A DNA stretch of 64,000 nucleotides, taken from positions 2,931 to 66,930 of the forward strand of contig USEC01000005.1 in the NCBI GenBank assembly GCA_900553595.1. The letters run 5' to 3'. The notes beneath the pieces are model-generated. The model was not told where the DNA came from and did not search any database. It saw nothing but the letters and a program-made list of their open reading frames with translations. The DNA comes from an uncultured Prevotella sp. (GTDB lineage Bacteria > Bacteroidota > Bacteroidia > Bacteroidales > Bacteroidaceae). Positions 1-9,847 of this stretch are shown piece after piece (position 1 is the stretch's first letter; each line of letters starts with the position of its first letter). Both the position numbers and the translations under genes were made by a program.

Positions 1-364
1 TCATCTCCGCAGCCTTGTCCATGGCATCGATGCGATAGACACTGATGTCCTTGCGTGTGGGCGGATTGATGATTCCGAAGCCGTCGTAGATGAGGATGCC
101 ACCCGGCTTCACCTTCGACTCAAACTTGTCGAGCGAAGGCTGGTTGAGCACGATGGCCACATCGTATTGACTGAGGATGGGCGATGAGATGCGCTCGTCG
201 CTCACTATGACAGTGACATTGGCCGTTCCGCCTCGCTGTTCGGGGCCGTAAGCCGGCATCCATGTCACTTCCTTGTCTTCCATAAGTCCGGAGTAGGCAA
301 GAATCTTACCCATAGAGAGCACTCCCTGTCCTCCGAAGCCTGCTATAATGATTTCTGCTTTCAT
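1..364 (-). CDS. 2-oxoacid:ferredoxin oxidoreductase gamma subunit (partial, 3' end outside window)
   Basis: Manual translation from ATG 364 gives MKAEIIIAGFGGQGVLSMGK...PAYGPEQRGG. The start overlaps the beta-subunit stop (ATGA). Not in the ORF track because it runs off the window. Confidence 0.9.
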   Translation of the reverse strand, partial: MKAEIIIAGFGGQGVLSMGKILAYSGLMEDKEVTWMPAYGPEQRGGTANVTVIVSDERISSPILSQYDVAIVLNQPSLDKFESKVKPGGILIYDGFGIINPPTRKDISVYRIDAMDKAAEM

Positions 365-1125
365 AGGTTTGTCGTATCTTTTAAGTCGCCCTTAGGGTAT
401 TGTTTGAACATATTCTCTTCCATCCACTCGTAGGCTTTCACCGGACTGAGTTTCCAACCACTGTTACATGTGGCTACGATTTCCACCAATGACGAGCCTT
501 TTCCCTCCATTGAGGCGGTGAATGCCTTCTTTATGGCAGCCTTGGCCTTGCGTATTGATGCTACGCTCTCCACGCTCTGGCGTGTCACGAAGCATGTGCC
601 TGGCAGTGTCACCGCCATTTCCGAAAGGTTGAGCGGATAGCCGTGCAACTGCGGGTCGCGTCCGTAGGGGCATGTAGAGGTTTTCTGTCCGATGAGAGTT
701 GTCGGTGCCATCTGTCCGCCGGTCATACCGTAGATAGCGTTGTTTATGAAGATGAGCGTGATGTTCTCGCCACGGTTGAGTGCGTGTATGCTCTCTGCCG
801 TACCGATGCACGCCATGTCGCCGTCGCCCTGATAGGTGAACACGAGGCGATCAGGCCACAAACGCTTGATGGCGGTGGCAAGAGCAGGAGCGCGTCCGTG
901 CGCAGCTTCATGCCAGTCGATATCTATGTAATTGTAGGCGAAGACCGCGCAGCCCACGGGACTTACGCCGACTGTCTTTTCCTGCATTCCCATTTCGGCA
1001 ATGACTTCAGCCACAAGCTTGTGCACCATGCCGTGAGAACAGCCTGCACAATAGTGCATGTGGTTGTCGTTGAGAAGTTCCGGCTTGCTGTAAACCAGAT
1101 TCTCGGGTGATATTATGTCGTTCAT
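361..1125 (-). CDS. 2-oxoacid:ferredoxin oxidoreductase beta subunit (TPP-binding)
   Basis: YCAGCSHG, GDGD and NNAIYGMTGGQ motifs; operon context. Confidence 0.93.
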   Translation of the reverse strand: MNDIISPENLVYSKPELLNDNHMHYCAGCSHGMVHKLVAEVIAEMGMQEKTVGVSPVGCAVFAYNYIDIDWHEAAHGRAPALATAIKRLWPDRLVFTYQGDGDMACIGTAESIHALNRGENITLIFINNAIYGMTGGQMAPTTLIGQKTSTCPYGRDPQLHGYPLNLSEMAVTLPGTCFVTRQSVESVASIRKAKAAIKKAFTASMEGKGSSLVEIVATCNSGWKLSPVKAYEWMEENMFKQYPKGDLKDTTNL

Positions 1126-2204
1126 ACCAATTTCTCCTTTAATACTTTAACCATTTCTTCGGGCTCAGGCACGATGCCGCCAAGTCGTCCGTAGTGTACA
1201 ACGGGTGTTACACCGTTTACGGCGAGACGCACATCATCCACCATTTGTCCTGCATTGATTTCGGCTACGAGTACGCCTTTCACATTCTTTGCAGCAGCGG
1301 CGATTTCCTTTTCGGGGAAAGGCCACAGGGTTATCGGGCGCAGAAGTCCCACCTTGATGCCTTCTGCACGCGCCATTTCGATTGCCTTTTCAGCAATACG
1401 CGCTGCACTTCCGAATGCCACAATCATGTATTCGGCATCGTCCATATACTTGGTTTCGTAGCGGACTTCGTTGTCACGGATAGTCTGGTATTTCTCCTGC
1501 AAGTGCAGGTTGCGCTGCTCCATCACCTCAGGCTTGAGTTCAAGCGAAGTGATGACATTGATTTTGCGCATTCCCTTGCGACCGTTTGCAGCCCAAGGAC
1601 ACTCTTTGAGAATCTGTTCTTCGGTACGACGCGGCTTCATCGGTGGCAGCACCACCTTCTCCATCATCTGTCCTATCACACCGTCGCTGAGAATCATAAC
1701 GGGTGTGCGGTACTTGAATGCAAGGTCAAAAGAGAGATCAACGAAGTCGGCCATTTCCTGCACAGAACTTGGAGCAAGCACGATGATGTAATAGTCACCG
1801 TTGCCACCGCCTCGTGTTGCCTGAAAATAGTCGCTCTGTGAAGGCTGGATTGTTCCCAAACCGGGACCTCCGCGCTGCACATTGACGATGACTCCCGGTA
1901 CTTCGGCGCCTGCCATATAGGAGATACCCTCCTGCATCAGCGACACGCCGGGGCTCGACGATGATGTGAGCACCTTTTTGCCTGAACCGCCACCACCATA
2001 AATCATGTTGATGGAGGCCACCTCACTCTCTGCTTGCAGCACCACCATACCAGTGGTTTCCCACGGTTTCAGTTCGGCAAGCGTTTCAATAATTTCTGTT
2101 TGCGGAGTGATGGGATAGCCGAAATAGCCGTCCGCACCGCATCTGATGGCAGCGTGGGCAAGAGCCTCGTTGCCTTTCATAAGTTTTACTTCCTGTTCTG
2201 CCAT
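1122..2204 (-). CDS. 2-oxoacid:ferredoxin oxidoreductase alpha subunit (VorB-like)
   Basis: GNEA, GYPITP, ESE and RGGPGLG motifs; start moved to MAEQEVK at 2204. Confidence 0.93.
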   Translation of the reverse strand: MAEQEVKLMKGNEALAHAAIRCGADGYFGYPITPQTEIIETLAELKPWETTGMVVLQAESEVASINMIYGGGGSGKKVLTSSSSPGVSLMQEGISYMAGAEVPGVIVNVQRGGPGLGTIQPSQSDYFQATRGGGNGDYYIIVLAPSSVQEMADFVDLSFDLAFKYRTPVMILSDGVIGQMMEKVVLPPMKPRRTEEQILKECPWAANGRKGMRKINVITSLELKPEVMEQRNLHLQEKYQTIRDNEVRYETKYMDDAEYMIVAFGSAARIAEKAIEMARAEGIKVGLLRPITLWPFPEKEIAAAAKNVKGVLVAEINAGQMVDDVRLAVNGVTPVVHYGRLGGIVPEPEEMVKVLKEKLV

Positions 2205-2209
2205 AGCAA

Positions 2210-2443
2210 TTAATCCTCCATCTTTTTCCTGTAAACCGTGATGCATCCGTCCGGACAAACGATTCCGCACGAAGCACAACCAATGCACTCTTCAGGATGC
2301 ACAGCCTCTGCATAGGAGTAGCCGTGCACATTGACGGCCTTCCGGGCGAGGGCAATGACATCTTTGGGGCAAGCCACTACGCATAGCGAGCAGCCTTTGC
2401 AGCGGTCGGTATTGACCACTATGGCACCTTTGATTTTTCCCAT
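2210..2443 (-). CDS. 2x[4Fe-4S] ferredoxin (oxidoreductase delta subunit)
   Basis: Two CxxCxxCxxxCP motifs; first gene of the oxidoreductase operon. Confidence 0.93.
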   Translation of the reverse strand: MGKIKGAIVVNTDRCKGCSLCVVACPKDVIALARKAVNVHGYSYAEAVHPEECIGCASCGIVCPDGCITVYRKKMED

Positions 2444-2543
2444 GTTAGTAAGTTTTTTAAGTGAAACCGCATCGGCAGGTGAGCTTTCCTACTCATGAAG
2501 AGCGTATGGGCTGCGCAAGAGCAAACGCTGTCTCTATTTTCAT

Positions 2544-2723
2544 TTAAGGGTTGTAAAAGTCCTTGCAATAGAAGCTGAGTATGTCGTCGAGCATTCTTTT
2601 GGCTTCAACAGCGGGCGACTCAGGGTCGAGTGCTATTGCTTCCAGATAGTTGTCGAGCGCATGCTTCCAGTCGCCTTTGCGACGATACTCGTTGCCAAGG
2701 TTGTAGAATTCTTCAGCTGTCAC
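2544..2723 (-). CDS. Small single-TPR protein (59 aa)
   Basis: Manual translation from [62 protein letters not shown]. Matches the TPR consensus. Start overlaps the folD stop (GTGA). Below the ORF-track length cutoff. Confidence 0.8.
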   Translation of the reverse strand: MTAEEFYNLGNEYRRKGDWKHALDNYLEAIALDPESPAVEAKRMLDDILSFYCKDFYNP

Positions 2724-3598
2724 TTGTAATATTCCTTTTTATAAGCCGACAATGTGTTCTTCATAAGCGAGCAGATGGTCATAGGCCCTACTCCTCCCGG
2801 AACGGGAGATATGAACGAACATTTCGGTGCAACTTCATCATACTTCACATCGCCGTTGAGACGATAACCGCTCTTGCGGGTGGCATCGGGCACACGGGTG
2901 GTGCCCACATCGATGACAACGGCTCCTTCCTTCACCATATCGGCTGTAACGAAGTCGGGACGGCCTATCGCCGCCACCACGATGTCGGCTTTGGCGCATT
3001 CCTCCTTGATGTTTGCGGAGTGCGAATGGCACACTGTCACCGTGGCGTCGCCGTAGCGTTTCTGCATCATCAGCTGCGCCATCGGATTGCCCACGATGTT
3101 GCTTCTGCCGAGCACCACGCATTTCCTGCCGGAGGTCTGTATGCCGTAACGCTGCAAGAGCGTCATTATTCCGAGCGGAGTGGCGGATATGAAGCACGGC
3201 AGTCCTATCGCCAGACGACCCACATTGACGGGATGAAAGCCATCGACATCCTTGCGGTAGTCGATTGCCTCTATCACCTTCTGCTCGTCGATATGCTTCG
3301 GAAGCGGCATCTGCACGATGAATCCGTCGATGGATGCATCGCCGTTCAGTCTGCCGACGCAAGCCAAAAGCTCCTCTTCCGTCACATCGTCCTCATAGCG
3401 TATGAGTGTCGATTCAAAGCCACACTGCTCGCATGCTATAACCTTGTTCTTGACGTATGTCTCCGAACCGCCGTCGTGTCCCACCAGCACGGCAGCCAGA
3501 TGCGGACGGCGTCCGCCTTCTGCCACGATGGTCTCCACCTCGTTTGCGATTTCCTGCTTTATTGCCGCAGCTGTAGCCTTACCGTCAATAAGTTGCAT
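2720..3598 (-). CDS. folD: Bifunctional methylenetetrahydrofolate dehydrogenase/cyclohydrolase
   Basis: [20 protein letters not shown] and [10 protein letters not shown] motifs. Confidence 0.97.
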   Translation of the reverse strand: MQLIDGKATAAAIKQEIANEVETIVAEGGRRPHLAAVLVGHDGGSETYVKNKVIACEQCGFESTLIRYEDDVTEEELLACVGRLNGDASIDGFIVQMPLPKHIDEQKVIEAIDYRKDVDGFHPVNVGRLAIGLPCFISATPLGIMTLLQRYGIQTSGRKCVVLGRSNIVGNPMAQLMMQKRYGDATVTVCHSHSANIKEECAKADIVVAAIGRPDFVTADMVKEGAVVIDVGTTRVPDATRKSGYRLNGDVKYDEVAPKCSFISPVPGGVGPMTICSLMKNTLSAYKKEYYK

Positions 3599-3733
3599 AT
3601 TGTCTTTTTTATTTTAGAAATACGGTGGATACGGCGTTTTGCCTGCAAGTGAAAACCATGTGAACCAACGCTTCACTCAATCATGGCAACGGTTTCCCGC
3701 TCCTCCGGTTTCTGTATTTTCCGAATACTTAAT

Positions 3734-5086
3734 TTAGAATTTCGGCATTCCGGGCATTCCTTTCATCTTGCCCATCATGCCTGCCATTTTCGCCATATTG
3801 GTGCCTGTCACCATCTTCATCATCTTGCGTGTCTGGTCGAACTGCTTTATGAGACGGTTCACATCCTGAATGTTTGTTCCGCTACCCTTTGCTATACGCA
3901 TACGGCGGCTTTGGTTAAGAATTTCAGGGTTGGCACGTTCCTTCGGCGTCATGCTCTTTATTATGGCCTCAATTCCCTTGAATGCATTGTCGTCTATATC
4001 AACATCCTTTATGGCTTTGCCCACTCCCGGAATCATTGCGGCAAGGTCCTTGAGGTTACCCATCTTCTTTATCTGTTCAATCTGTCCGAGGAAATCGTTG
4101 AAATCGAACTTGTTCTTCTGTATCTTCTTTTGCAGACGGCGTGCCTCTTCCTCGTCGAACTGCTCCTGTGCGCGTTCTACAAGGCTCACAATGTCGCCCA
4201 TTCCGAGTATTCGGTCGGCCATGCGTGAGGGGTGGAACACATCGATTGCCTCCATCTTCTCGCCTGTTCCGACGAACTTGATGGGTTTTGTCACTACCGT
4301 ACGGATGGAGAGTGCGGCACCGCCGCGTGTGTCGCCGTCGAGCTTTGTGAGCACCACTCCGTCGAAATCCAGGCGGTCGTTGAACTCCTTCGCGGTGTTC
4401 ACGGCGTCCTGTCCTGTCATAGAGTCCACGACGAAGAGTGTCTCATCGGGATTGATGGCGTTCTTGAGATTGTAGATCTCGGTCATCATTTCCTCATCGA
4501 CAGCAAGTCGTCCGGCAGTATCGACGATTACCACATCGTAGCTTTTGGCCTTGGCTTCACGGATAGCGTTGTTTGCTATCTCCACCACGTTCTTGTTGTC
4601 GGGTTCTGAATAAACGGGTACGCCAACCTGCTCGCCTACGACCTTGAGCTGGTCGATGGCTGCGGGACGATAGACGTCGCACGCTACGAGCAGCGGATTC
4701 TTGTGCTGTTTATGCTTGAGCATGTTGGCAAGTTTTCCGCTGAAGGTGGTCTTACCAGAACCTTGGAGTCCGCTCATGAGCACGATTGAGGGACGGCCGT
4801 TGAGACGCAGCTCTGCCGCTTCGCCTCCCATGAGTTCCGCCAGTTCGTCGTGTACAATCTTAACCATAAGCTGACTTGGCTTCACCGCCGTGAGCACATT
4901 CATTCCGAGTGCCTTTTTCTTGACAGTGTCGGTGAATGATTTCGCCACCTTATAATTAACATCGGCATCGAGCAACGCGCGTCTTACATCTTTCAAGGTC
5001 TCGGCTACGTTGATTTCCGTAATCTTGCCTTCACCTTTCAGAATCTTGAAACTGCGTTCCAGTCTGTCGCTTAAATTTTCGAACAT
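3734..5086 (-). CDS. ffh: Signal recognition particle protein
   Basis: [14 protein letters not shown] and [10 protein letters not shown] motifs; Met-rich M domain. Confidence 0.98.
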   Translation of the reverse strand: MFENLSDRLERSFKILKGEGKITEINVAETLKDVRRALLDADVNYKVAKSFTDTVKKKALGMNVLTAVKPSQLMVKIVHDELAELMGGEAAELRLNGRPSIVLMSGLQGSGKTTFSGKLANMLKHKQHKNPLLVACDVYRPAAIDQLKVVGEQVGVPVYSEPDNKNVVEIANNAIREAKAKSYDVVIVDTAGRLAVDEEMMTEIYNLKNAINPDETLFVVDSMTGQDAVNTAKEFNDRLDFDGVVLTKLDGDTRGGAALSIRTVVTKPIKFVGTGEKMEAIDVFHPSRMADRILGMGDIVSLVERAQEQFDEEEARRLQKKIQKNKFDFNDFLGQIEQIKKMGNLKDLAAMIPGVGKAIKDVDIDDNAFKGIEAIIKSMTPKERANPEILNQSRRMRIAKGSGTNIQDVNRLIKQFDQTRKMMKMVTGTNMAKMAGMMGKMKGMPGMPKF

Positions 5087-5415
5087 ATCTAATTCAGAAT
5101 TTTAATTTGTTATTGTAAAAGTACAGGAGCTGTCTGTTCCGGTCCGCCCGCCGTCTCCGCCCACTCTGCATACCATGCATTTTAAGGTGTGCGCCGACAC
5201 CTGTCGCGGAGCCTTGGCGTCTGTGCCGATTTCCGTATCGCACGAATCGCTCCCTCATACTGCAAAAGTAAACAATAATTGACGAAACAGAAAGACATCT
5301 GTAAGTTATTTAATGTATTTTAAAACTGTTTCCGCACAAAACGCCCATTCACCGGCAAAGTATGCCGTAAAACAATGCGCATTATGTCAGTCGAAGCCCG
5401 ACAGAGCTGCCAAAC

Positions 5416-7329
5416 TCATGCCAGCATCACATTGCCGTCCTCGGCATAAACCGCCTCTTCGCTGATGAGGCACTCGAGAGCCTCACCAAGCACATCGCGC
5501 GGGATGCCGAGCGAAAGAAGCGAGGCAGCGGCATGGGGCTGTCCGTCGGCGAGGAATGCGAGTATGGCCGACCTTGCCTGTTCCGAACGCGACTCCTTCA
5601 CGGCTGTCTTCATGCGTGCGGCACACACGTCGCAGTGTCCGCAATCGGTAGTCTTCTCCTCGTCGAAGTATCGCAGGAGCTGGCGGCTGCGGCACACCTC
5701 GCTGTTGGTGGCATAGCTCACCACAGCCATGATGTTCTTTTCGAACTGCATCTTGCGGTCCTCATAGACCGAAGGTGGTATCACGAGCAGAGAAGTCTCC
5801 ACACGGTCTGTCAGATAAGTGATTGTGGGCATACGGCGCTGCGGAATGAAATGCACTATGCGGCGCATGCTAAGTCCCTTCAGCACGAGATAGACCTGCT
5901 GCGTAGTGAGTCCCGCCTTGCTTGCTATGTTGTCCTCGTTGATGAAGACATAGTCCACAAAAAGTCCCGAATAGTTTCTCAGCATGGTCATTATGACGGC
6001 ATCCTCTATGGGCGAAAGGTCAGTGAGACGGTAGAGTTGGTCGCGGTCGAGCGTGAAGCGCAGGCGTGCCTTCACATCGGGGTCGGCATCGTAGTCGAAG
6101 TAGCCGGCATTGCTCAGCACGCGCAATGCCGAATCGACGGTGAGCGGATAATGATGGAATGCGCGACAGAACTTGTCGATGTCGAAAGCAAAGATGTGCC
6201 CTCCCCCACTGCCTGTGCCTATCTGGAAGAAGTAGGCAATGTGCTCATAGATGTCGGCGATGAGCTGCTTGGGCGGATATTCGTTGTCGATGCGCCGTTC
6301 AAGCTTGCGATGGTCGGACGAATTATAAAGCAGTACGGCATACGACCTGCCGCCGTCTCTGCCGGCACGCCCCGCCTCTTGAAAGTAAGCTTCAATGGAA
6401 CTCGGACAATCAATGTGTATGACAAGGCGCACATCGGGTTTGCCTATGCCCATGCCGAAGGCGTTTGTTGCCACCATGACGCGTTTCTGTCCGTCGCTCC
6501 ACGCCTTCTGCCGTTCGTCCTTCACGGAGTTTTCGAGTCCGGCATGATAGAATGTTGAACTGATGCCGTGCTCCTCAATGAACTTGCTCACCTCCTTCGA
6601 GCGGTTGCGGCTGCGCACATAGACGATGGCGCTGCCGGCGACGGAGTTGAGGATGTGCATCATCTCGTCGGGTTTGTTCATGGTCTGGCGCACTATGTAC
6701 GACAGGTTGCTGCGCTCGAAACTCATGCGGAACACGCACTCCCTGCGGAATTCGAGGCGTGCCTGTATGTCGGCTATCACCTTTGAAGTGGCGGTGGCGG
6801 TGAGGGCGAGCACGGGGACGTCGGGCTTCAGGCGGCGTATGTCGGCTATATGCAGATAGGACGGGCGGAAATCGTAGCCCCACTGACTGATGCAGTGTGC
6901 CTCATCGACGGTTATGAAGCTCACGTTGATGCGGCGGAGCTTCACCTTGAAGAACTCCGACGCGATGCGTTCCGGCGACACATACAGTATCTTGGTGTTG
7001 CCCATGATGCAGTTGTCGAGCGTCGTCACCGTCTCGCGGCGTGTCATACCCGAATAGATGGCTGCCGCAATGATGCCACGCCGCCGCAGAGCCATGACCT
7101 GATCCTTCATGAGGGCTATGAGCGGCGTTATGACGATGCACACGCCCTCCTTGGCAAGGGCAGGCACCTGGAACGTGAGCGATTTGCCGCCACCCGTCGG
7201 CATAAGCCCCAACGTGTCGTTGCCCTCGGCTATGCTGCGTATGATGTCGCGCTGGATGCCACGAAAATCAGCGTAGCCCCAGTTGTCGTGCAGAATCTTC
7301 AGATATTCTTTCTCGTCGTAGCCCGGCAT
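5416..7329 (-). CDS. recQ: RecQ family ATP-dependent DNA helicase
   Basis: MPTGGGKS, DEAHCISQWGYDFRP and QEAGRAGRDG motifs; Zn-binding CR...CGHCDVC; start taken as MPGYDEK. Confidence 0.93.
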   Translation of the reverse strand: MPGYDEKEYLKILHDNWGYADFRGIQRDIIRSIAEGNDTLGLMPTGGGKSLTFQVPALAKEGVCIVITPLIALMKDQVMALRRRGIIAAAIYSGMTRRETVTTLDNCIMGNTKILYVSPERIASEFFKVKLRRINVSFITVDEAHCISQWGYDFRPSYLHIADIRRLKPDVPVLALTATATSKVIADIQARLEFRRECVFRMSFERSNLSYIVRQTMNKPDEMMHILNSVAGSAIVYVRSRNRSKEVSKFIEEHGISSTFYHAGLENSVKDERQKAWSDGQKRVMVATNAFGMGIGKPDVRLVIHIDCPSSIEAYFQEAGRAGRDGGRSYAVLLYNSSDHRKLERRIDNEYPPKQLIADIYEHIAYFFQIGTGSGGGHIFAFDIDKFCRAFHHYPLTVDSALRVLSNAGYFDYDADPDVKARLRFTLDRDQLYRLTDLSPIEDAVIMTMLRNYSGLFVDYVFINEDNIASKAGLTTQQVYLVLKGLSMRRIVHFIPQRRMPTITYLTDRVETSLLVIPPSVYEDRKMQFEKNIMAVVSYATNSEVCRSRQLLRYFDEEKTTDCGHCDVCAARMKTAVKESRSEQARSAILAFLADGQPHAAASLLSLGIPRDVLGEALECLISEEAVYAEDGNVMLA

Positions 7330-7374
7330 GGTTGTTTTATGGGTTAAAAAGGATTGAAATTTCAGTAGGTTTTC

Positions 7375-7455
7375 AAACAAGGCTTCTTTGCATTGCAAAC
7401 AAGACTTCTTTGTTCTCTAAACAAGACTTCTTTACATCGCAAATAAGCCTTGTTT
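7375..7455. repeat. 22-bp-period palindrome array (4 x AAA[C/G]AAGNCTT[G/C]TTT with 7-bp spacers)
   Basis: aaacaaggcttcttt-gcattgc-aaacaagacttcttt-gttctct-aaacaagacttcttt-acatcgc-aaataagccttgttt, flanked by gttttc and gaaaac. Confidence 0.9.
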
Positions 7456-7542
7456 GAAAACGAGGTAAAAAGGCTATGTCTGAAAATAAAAATTGCTGTG
7501 ACACGAAACCGCATGATTCCCTGTCACAGCAATGAATTATGT

Positions 7543-9273
7543 TCAGATTTCATCCTCTTCCGTTGGTCGTATGTCCTCAATCTGGAGCTGCACCAGATTG
7601 CGCTTGAAAACGTTGTCCTCAAGTGTATAAGCAATGTCGAAACTGCGCTTCGACTTGATGTATCTTGCCGACGCGCTCTGCCCGAAGGCTATTCCATTCA
7701 CCACATCGCTCGACTTTGAATCGACTAATTCGAGCTTGATATGCTCCTGTTCGCGACCCACTACCTTGCTTGTGCCGTAGTCATAGACACCGACAGTGCA
7801 GAACACCGGCTTTGTGTTGCACGGTCCGAATGGTGCGAAACGCTTCAGGTCGTTATGCAGACGCTTCGTGATGTCCTTGAAATCAATCATGGCATCAATG
7901 CGCAGGTTGGCCTCCGTCTGTTCCGGCTGTATGTGTTCATCTACATATTGCTGGAAGCGTTTGCGGAAAGCAGGTATGTCGTCCCAGCGCAGGGTGAGTC
8001 CGGCAGCGTAGGTGTGGCCGCCGAAATTCACGAGCAGGTCGCGGCAACTCTCTATCGCCGAATACACGTCGAAGCCCGTGACACTGCGTGCCGAGCCGGT
8101 GGCGAAGTCGCCGTCGCGTGTGAGAACCACCGTCGGACGGAAGTAGATTTCCGTCAGTCGGGAAGCAACAATGCCTATCACGCCCTTCTTCCAGTTGGCA
8201 TCGTAGAGCACGATGGACGACTGGTGGCGCTGACTTTCAAGGCGCGACACGATGTGGTTGGCCTCCTCTGTCATCTGTTTGTCAATGTCCTTGCGCTTTT
8301 CGTTGTAGCAATCGATGTGCTTCGCCTTGCAGAGTGCGCTCGAAAAGTCCTTCTCCACGAGCAGATCCACGCTCTCCCTGCCGCTCTCCATACGTCCCGA
8401 CGCATTGATGCGCGGACCTATCTTGAAGATGATGTCGCTCATGGAGAGTTCCCGTCCGTTGAGTCCGCAGATGTCGATGATGGCCTTCAGACCTATGCTC
8501 GGATTCTGGTTGAGAATTTTCAGACCGTGGTATGCCAGTATTCGGTTCTCGTCTGTCACGGGAACGATGTCGGCAGCGATGCTCACGGCACACATGTCGA
8601 GCAGCGGGATGAGGCGCGAAAAGGGTATGCCGTTGTTCTTTGCGAAAGCCTGCATGAGCTTGAATCCCACGCCGCAACCGCACAGATGCTTGAACGGATA
8701 GGTGTCGTCCTTGCGCTTGGGGTTGAGTATGGCGACGGCAGGAGGCAGGACTTCGTCGGGCATGTGATGGTCGCAGATGATGAAGTCGATGCCGAGACTC
8801 TTGGCATAGGCTATCTCATCAACGGCCTTTATGCCGCAATCGAGTATGATTATGAGCTTCACTCCGGCCTCATGCGCATAGTCTATTCCTTTCATGCTCA
8901 CCCCGTAGCCTTCCTCGTAACGGTCGGGGATGTAGTATTCAATGTTGGAATAGAATTGCTGTATGAACTTATATACCAGCGCTACGGCCGTACATCCGTC
9001 CACATCATAGTCGCCATACACCAGAATGCGCTCCTTGCGCCCCATGGCATCGTTGAGCCTGTCCACCGCCATGTCCATGTCTTTCATCAGGAAGGGGTTT
9101 ATCAGGTCGGCAAGCTGTGGATGGAAGAAGCGCTTCGCCGCCGGCTCCGTGGTGATGCCACGCTGTATGAGCAACTGTGCGAGAATAGGGCTGATGTTCA
9201 GCTTGGCCCCCAGTTCCTCGGCAAGTTGCCTGTCTTTCGGTGCAGGCGGTGTGTAATTCCATTTGAATAGCAT
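7543..9273 (-). CDS. recJ: Single-stranded-DNA-specific exonuclease RecJ
   Basis: GDYDVDG, DCG, DHH, PRINASGR, GSARS and FGGH motifs. Confidence 0.97.
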   Translation of the reverse strand: MLFKWNYTPPAPKDRQLAEELGAKLNISPILAQLLIQRGITTEPAAKRFFHPQLADLINPFLMKDMDMAVDRLNDAMGRKERILVYGDYDVDGCTAVALVYKFIQQFYSNIEYYIPDRYEEGYGVSMKGIDYAHEAGVKLIIILDCGIKAVDEIAYAKSLGIDFIICDHHMPDEVLPPAVAILNPKRKDDTYPFKHLCGCGVGFKLMQAFAKNNGIPFSRLIPLLDMCAVSIAADIVPVTDENRILAYHGLKILNQNPSIGLKAIIDICGLNGRELSMSDIIFKIGPRINASGRMESGRESVDLLVEKDFSSALCKAKHIDCYNEKRKDIDKQMTEEANHIVSRLESQRHQSSIVLYDANWKKGVIGIVASRLTEIYFRPTVVLTRDGDFATGSARSVTGFDVYSAIESCRDLLVNFGGHTYAAGLTLRWDDIPAFRKRFQQYVDEHIQPEQTEANLRIDAMIDFKDITKRLHNDLKRFAPFGPCNTKPVFCTVGVYDYGTSKVVGREQEHIKLELVDSKSSDVVNGIAFGQSASARYIKSKRSFDIAYTLEDNVFKRNLVQLQIEDIRPTEEDEI

Positions 9274-9506
9274 TTATCTTGTCTTTTTTTGTTTCTTTGA
9301 TTCAAGGCGGTTTGCGCGTCGGGGGTGAGAATAATCGGCGTATCTGGCTGCAGGGAGATGCTGTCTTGCCATGACATGCCGCAAGTACGCGAAAGGGCAA
9401 ACCGCGTGTAAAATTACAAAATAAAAACGGAACAATAAAGAAATGCGTGCTAATTATATAAAAATACTCCCCACGAATGCGCTGTAACCGTATGCTACAC
9501 ATTCAA

Positions 9507-9699
9507 CCCAAATCGGTCATTAGACCAAAACAAGCGTATTATAAAAGAATTTTTCTTTCTTTTCCACCCTTCTCCGCCTTTGTTTCGTCATCTTGCCGCC
9601 GTTCGCGTTTCGCCATAGCCCGCTATGGCTTCAACACAAACGTTGCAATCTGCTCGAAACAAAGACGAAGCTGAGTGGAAATCTAATGACCGATTTGAG
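9507..9699. mobile_element. MITE family A (193 bp; TIR CCCAAATCGGTCATTA; 5-bp TSD TTCAA)
   Basis: Terminal inverted repeats; identical TTCAA at 9502-9506 and 9700-9704; near-identical copy at 62385-62576. Confidence 0.85.
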
Positions 9700-9749
9700 T
9701 TCAAGGAGAGCAACAACAATGTCTGCGTACGCCTTGTGCAGCGTAAACG

Positions 9750-9822
9750 AAAAAGCCACATTTGCATGACAACGGCATGCCTAACGGCGCACACCCTGTT
9801 TTTTTCGTCATGCAAATGTGGC
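9750..9822 (-). terminator. Long-stem inverted repeat, probable terminator of the C1 peptidase gene
   Basis: gccacatttgcatgac ... gtcatgcaaatgtggc (16-bp IR) followed by a T-tract on the minus strand. Confidence 0.6.
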
Positions 9823-9847
9823 AAAATATCATGAAAGAACGACAACC

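Noticed and set aside
2493..2543. 16-aa uORF (MKIETAFALAQPIRSS) before the ferredoxin gene
   Set aside because: Too short, with no regulatory codon run or associated terminator.
5100..5270. SRP RNA or structured leader upstream of ffh
   Set aside because: The ~170-nt GC-rich leader follows a TACTTTTG box but lacks the SRP domain IV signature, and I could not identify a convincing structure.
7375..7455. The 22-bp-period arrays as mini-CRISPR arrays
   Set aside because: Repeats are 15 bp and spacers 7 bp, far below CRISPR dimensions. There are no cas genes or leader, and the arrays are dispersed.
7741..9270. Long antisense ORFs (e.g. 509 aa opposite recJ, 446 aa at 26620-27960, 543 aa at 46910-48541, 364 aa at 56001-57095, 366 aa at 60874-61974)
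   Set aside because: They are shadow frames of genes with GC-rich third positions and show no recognisable motifs.
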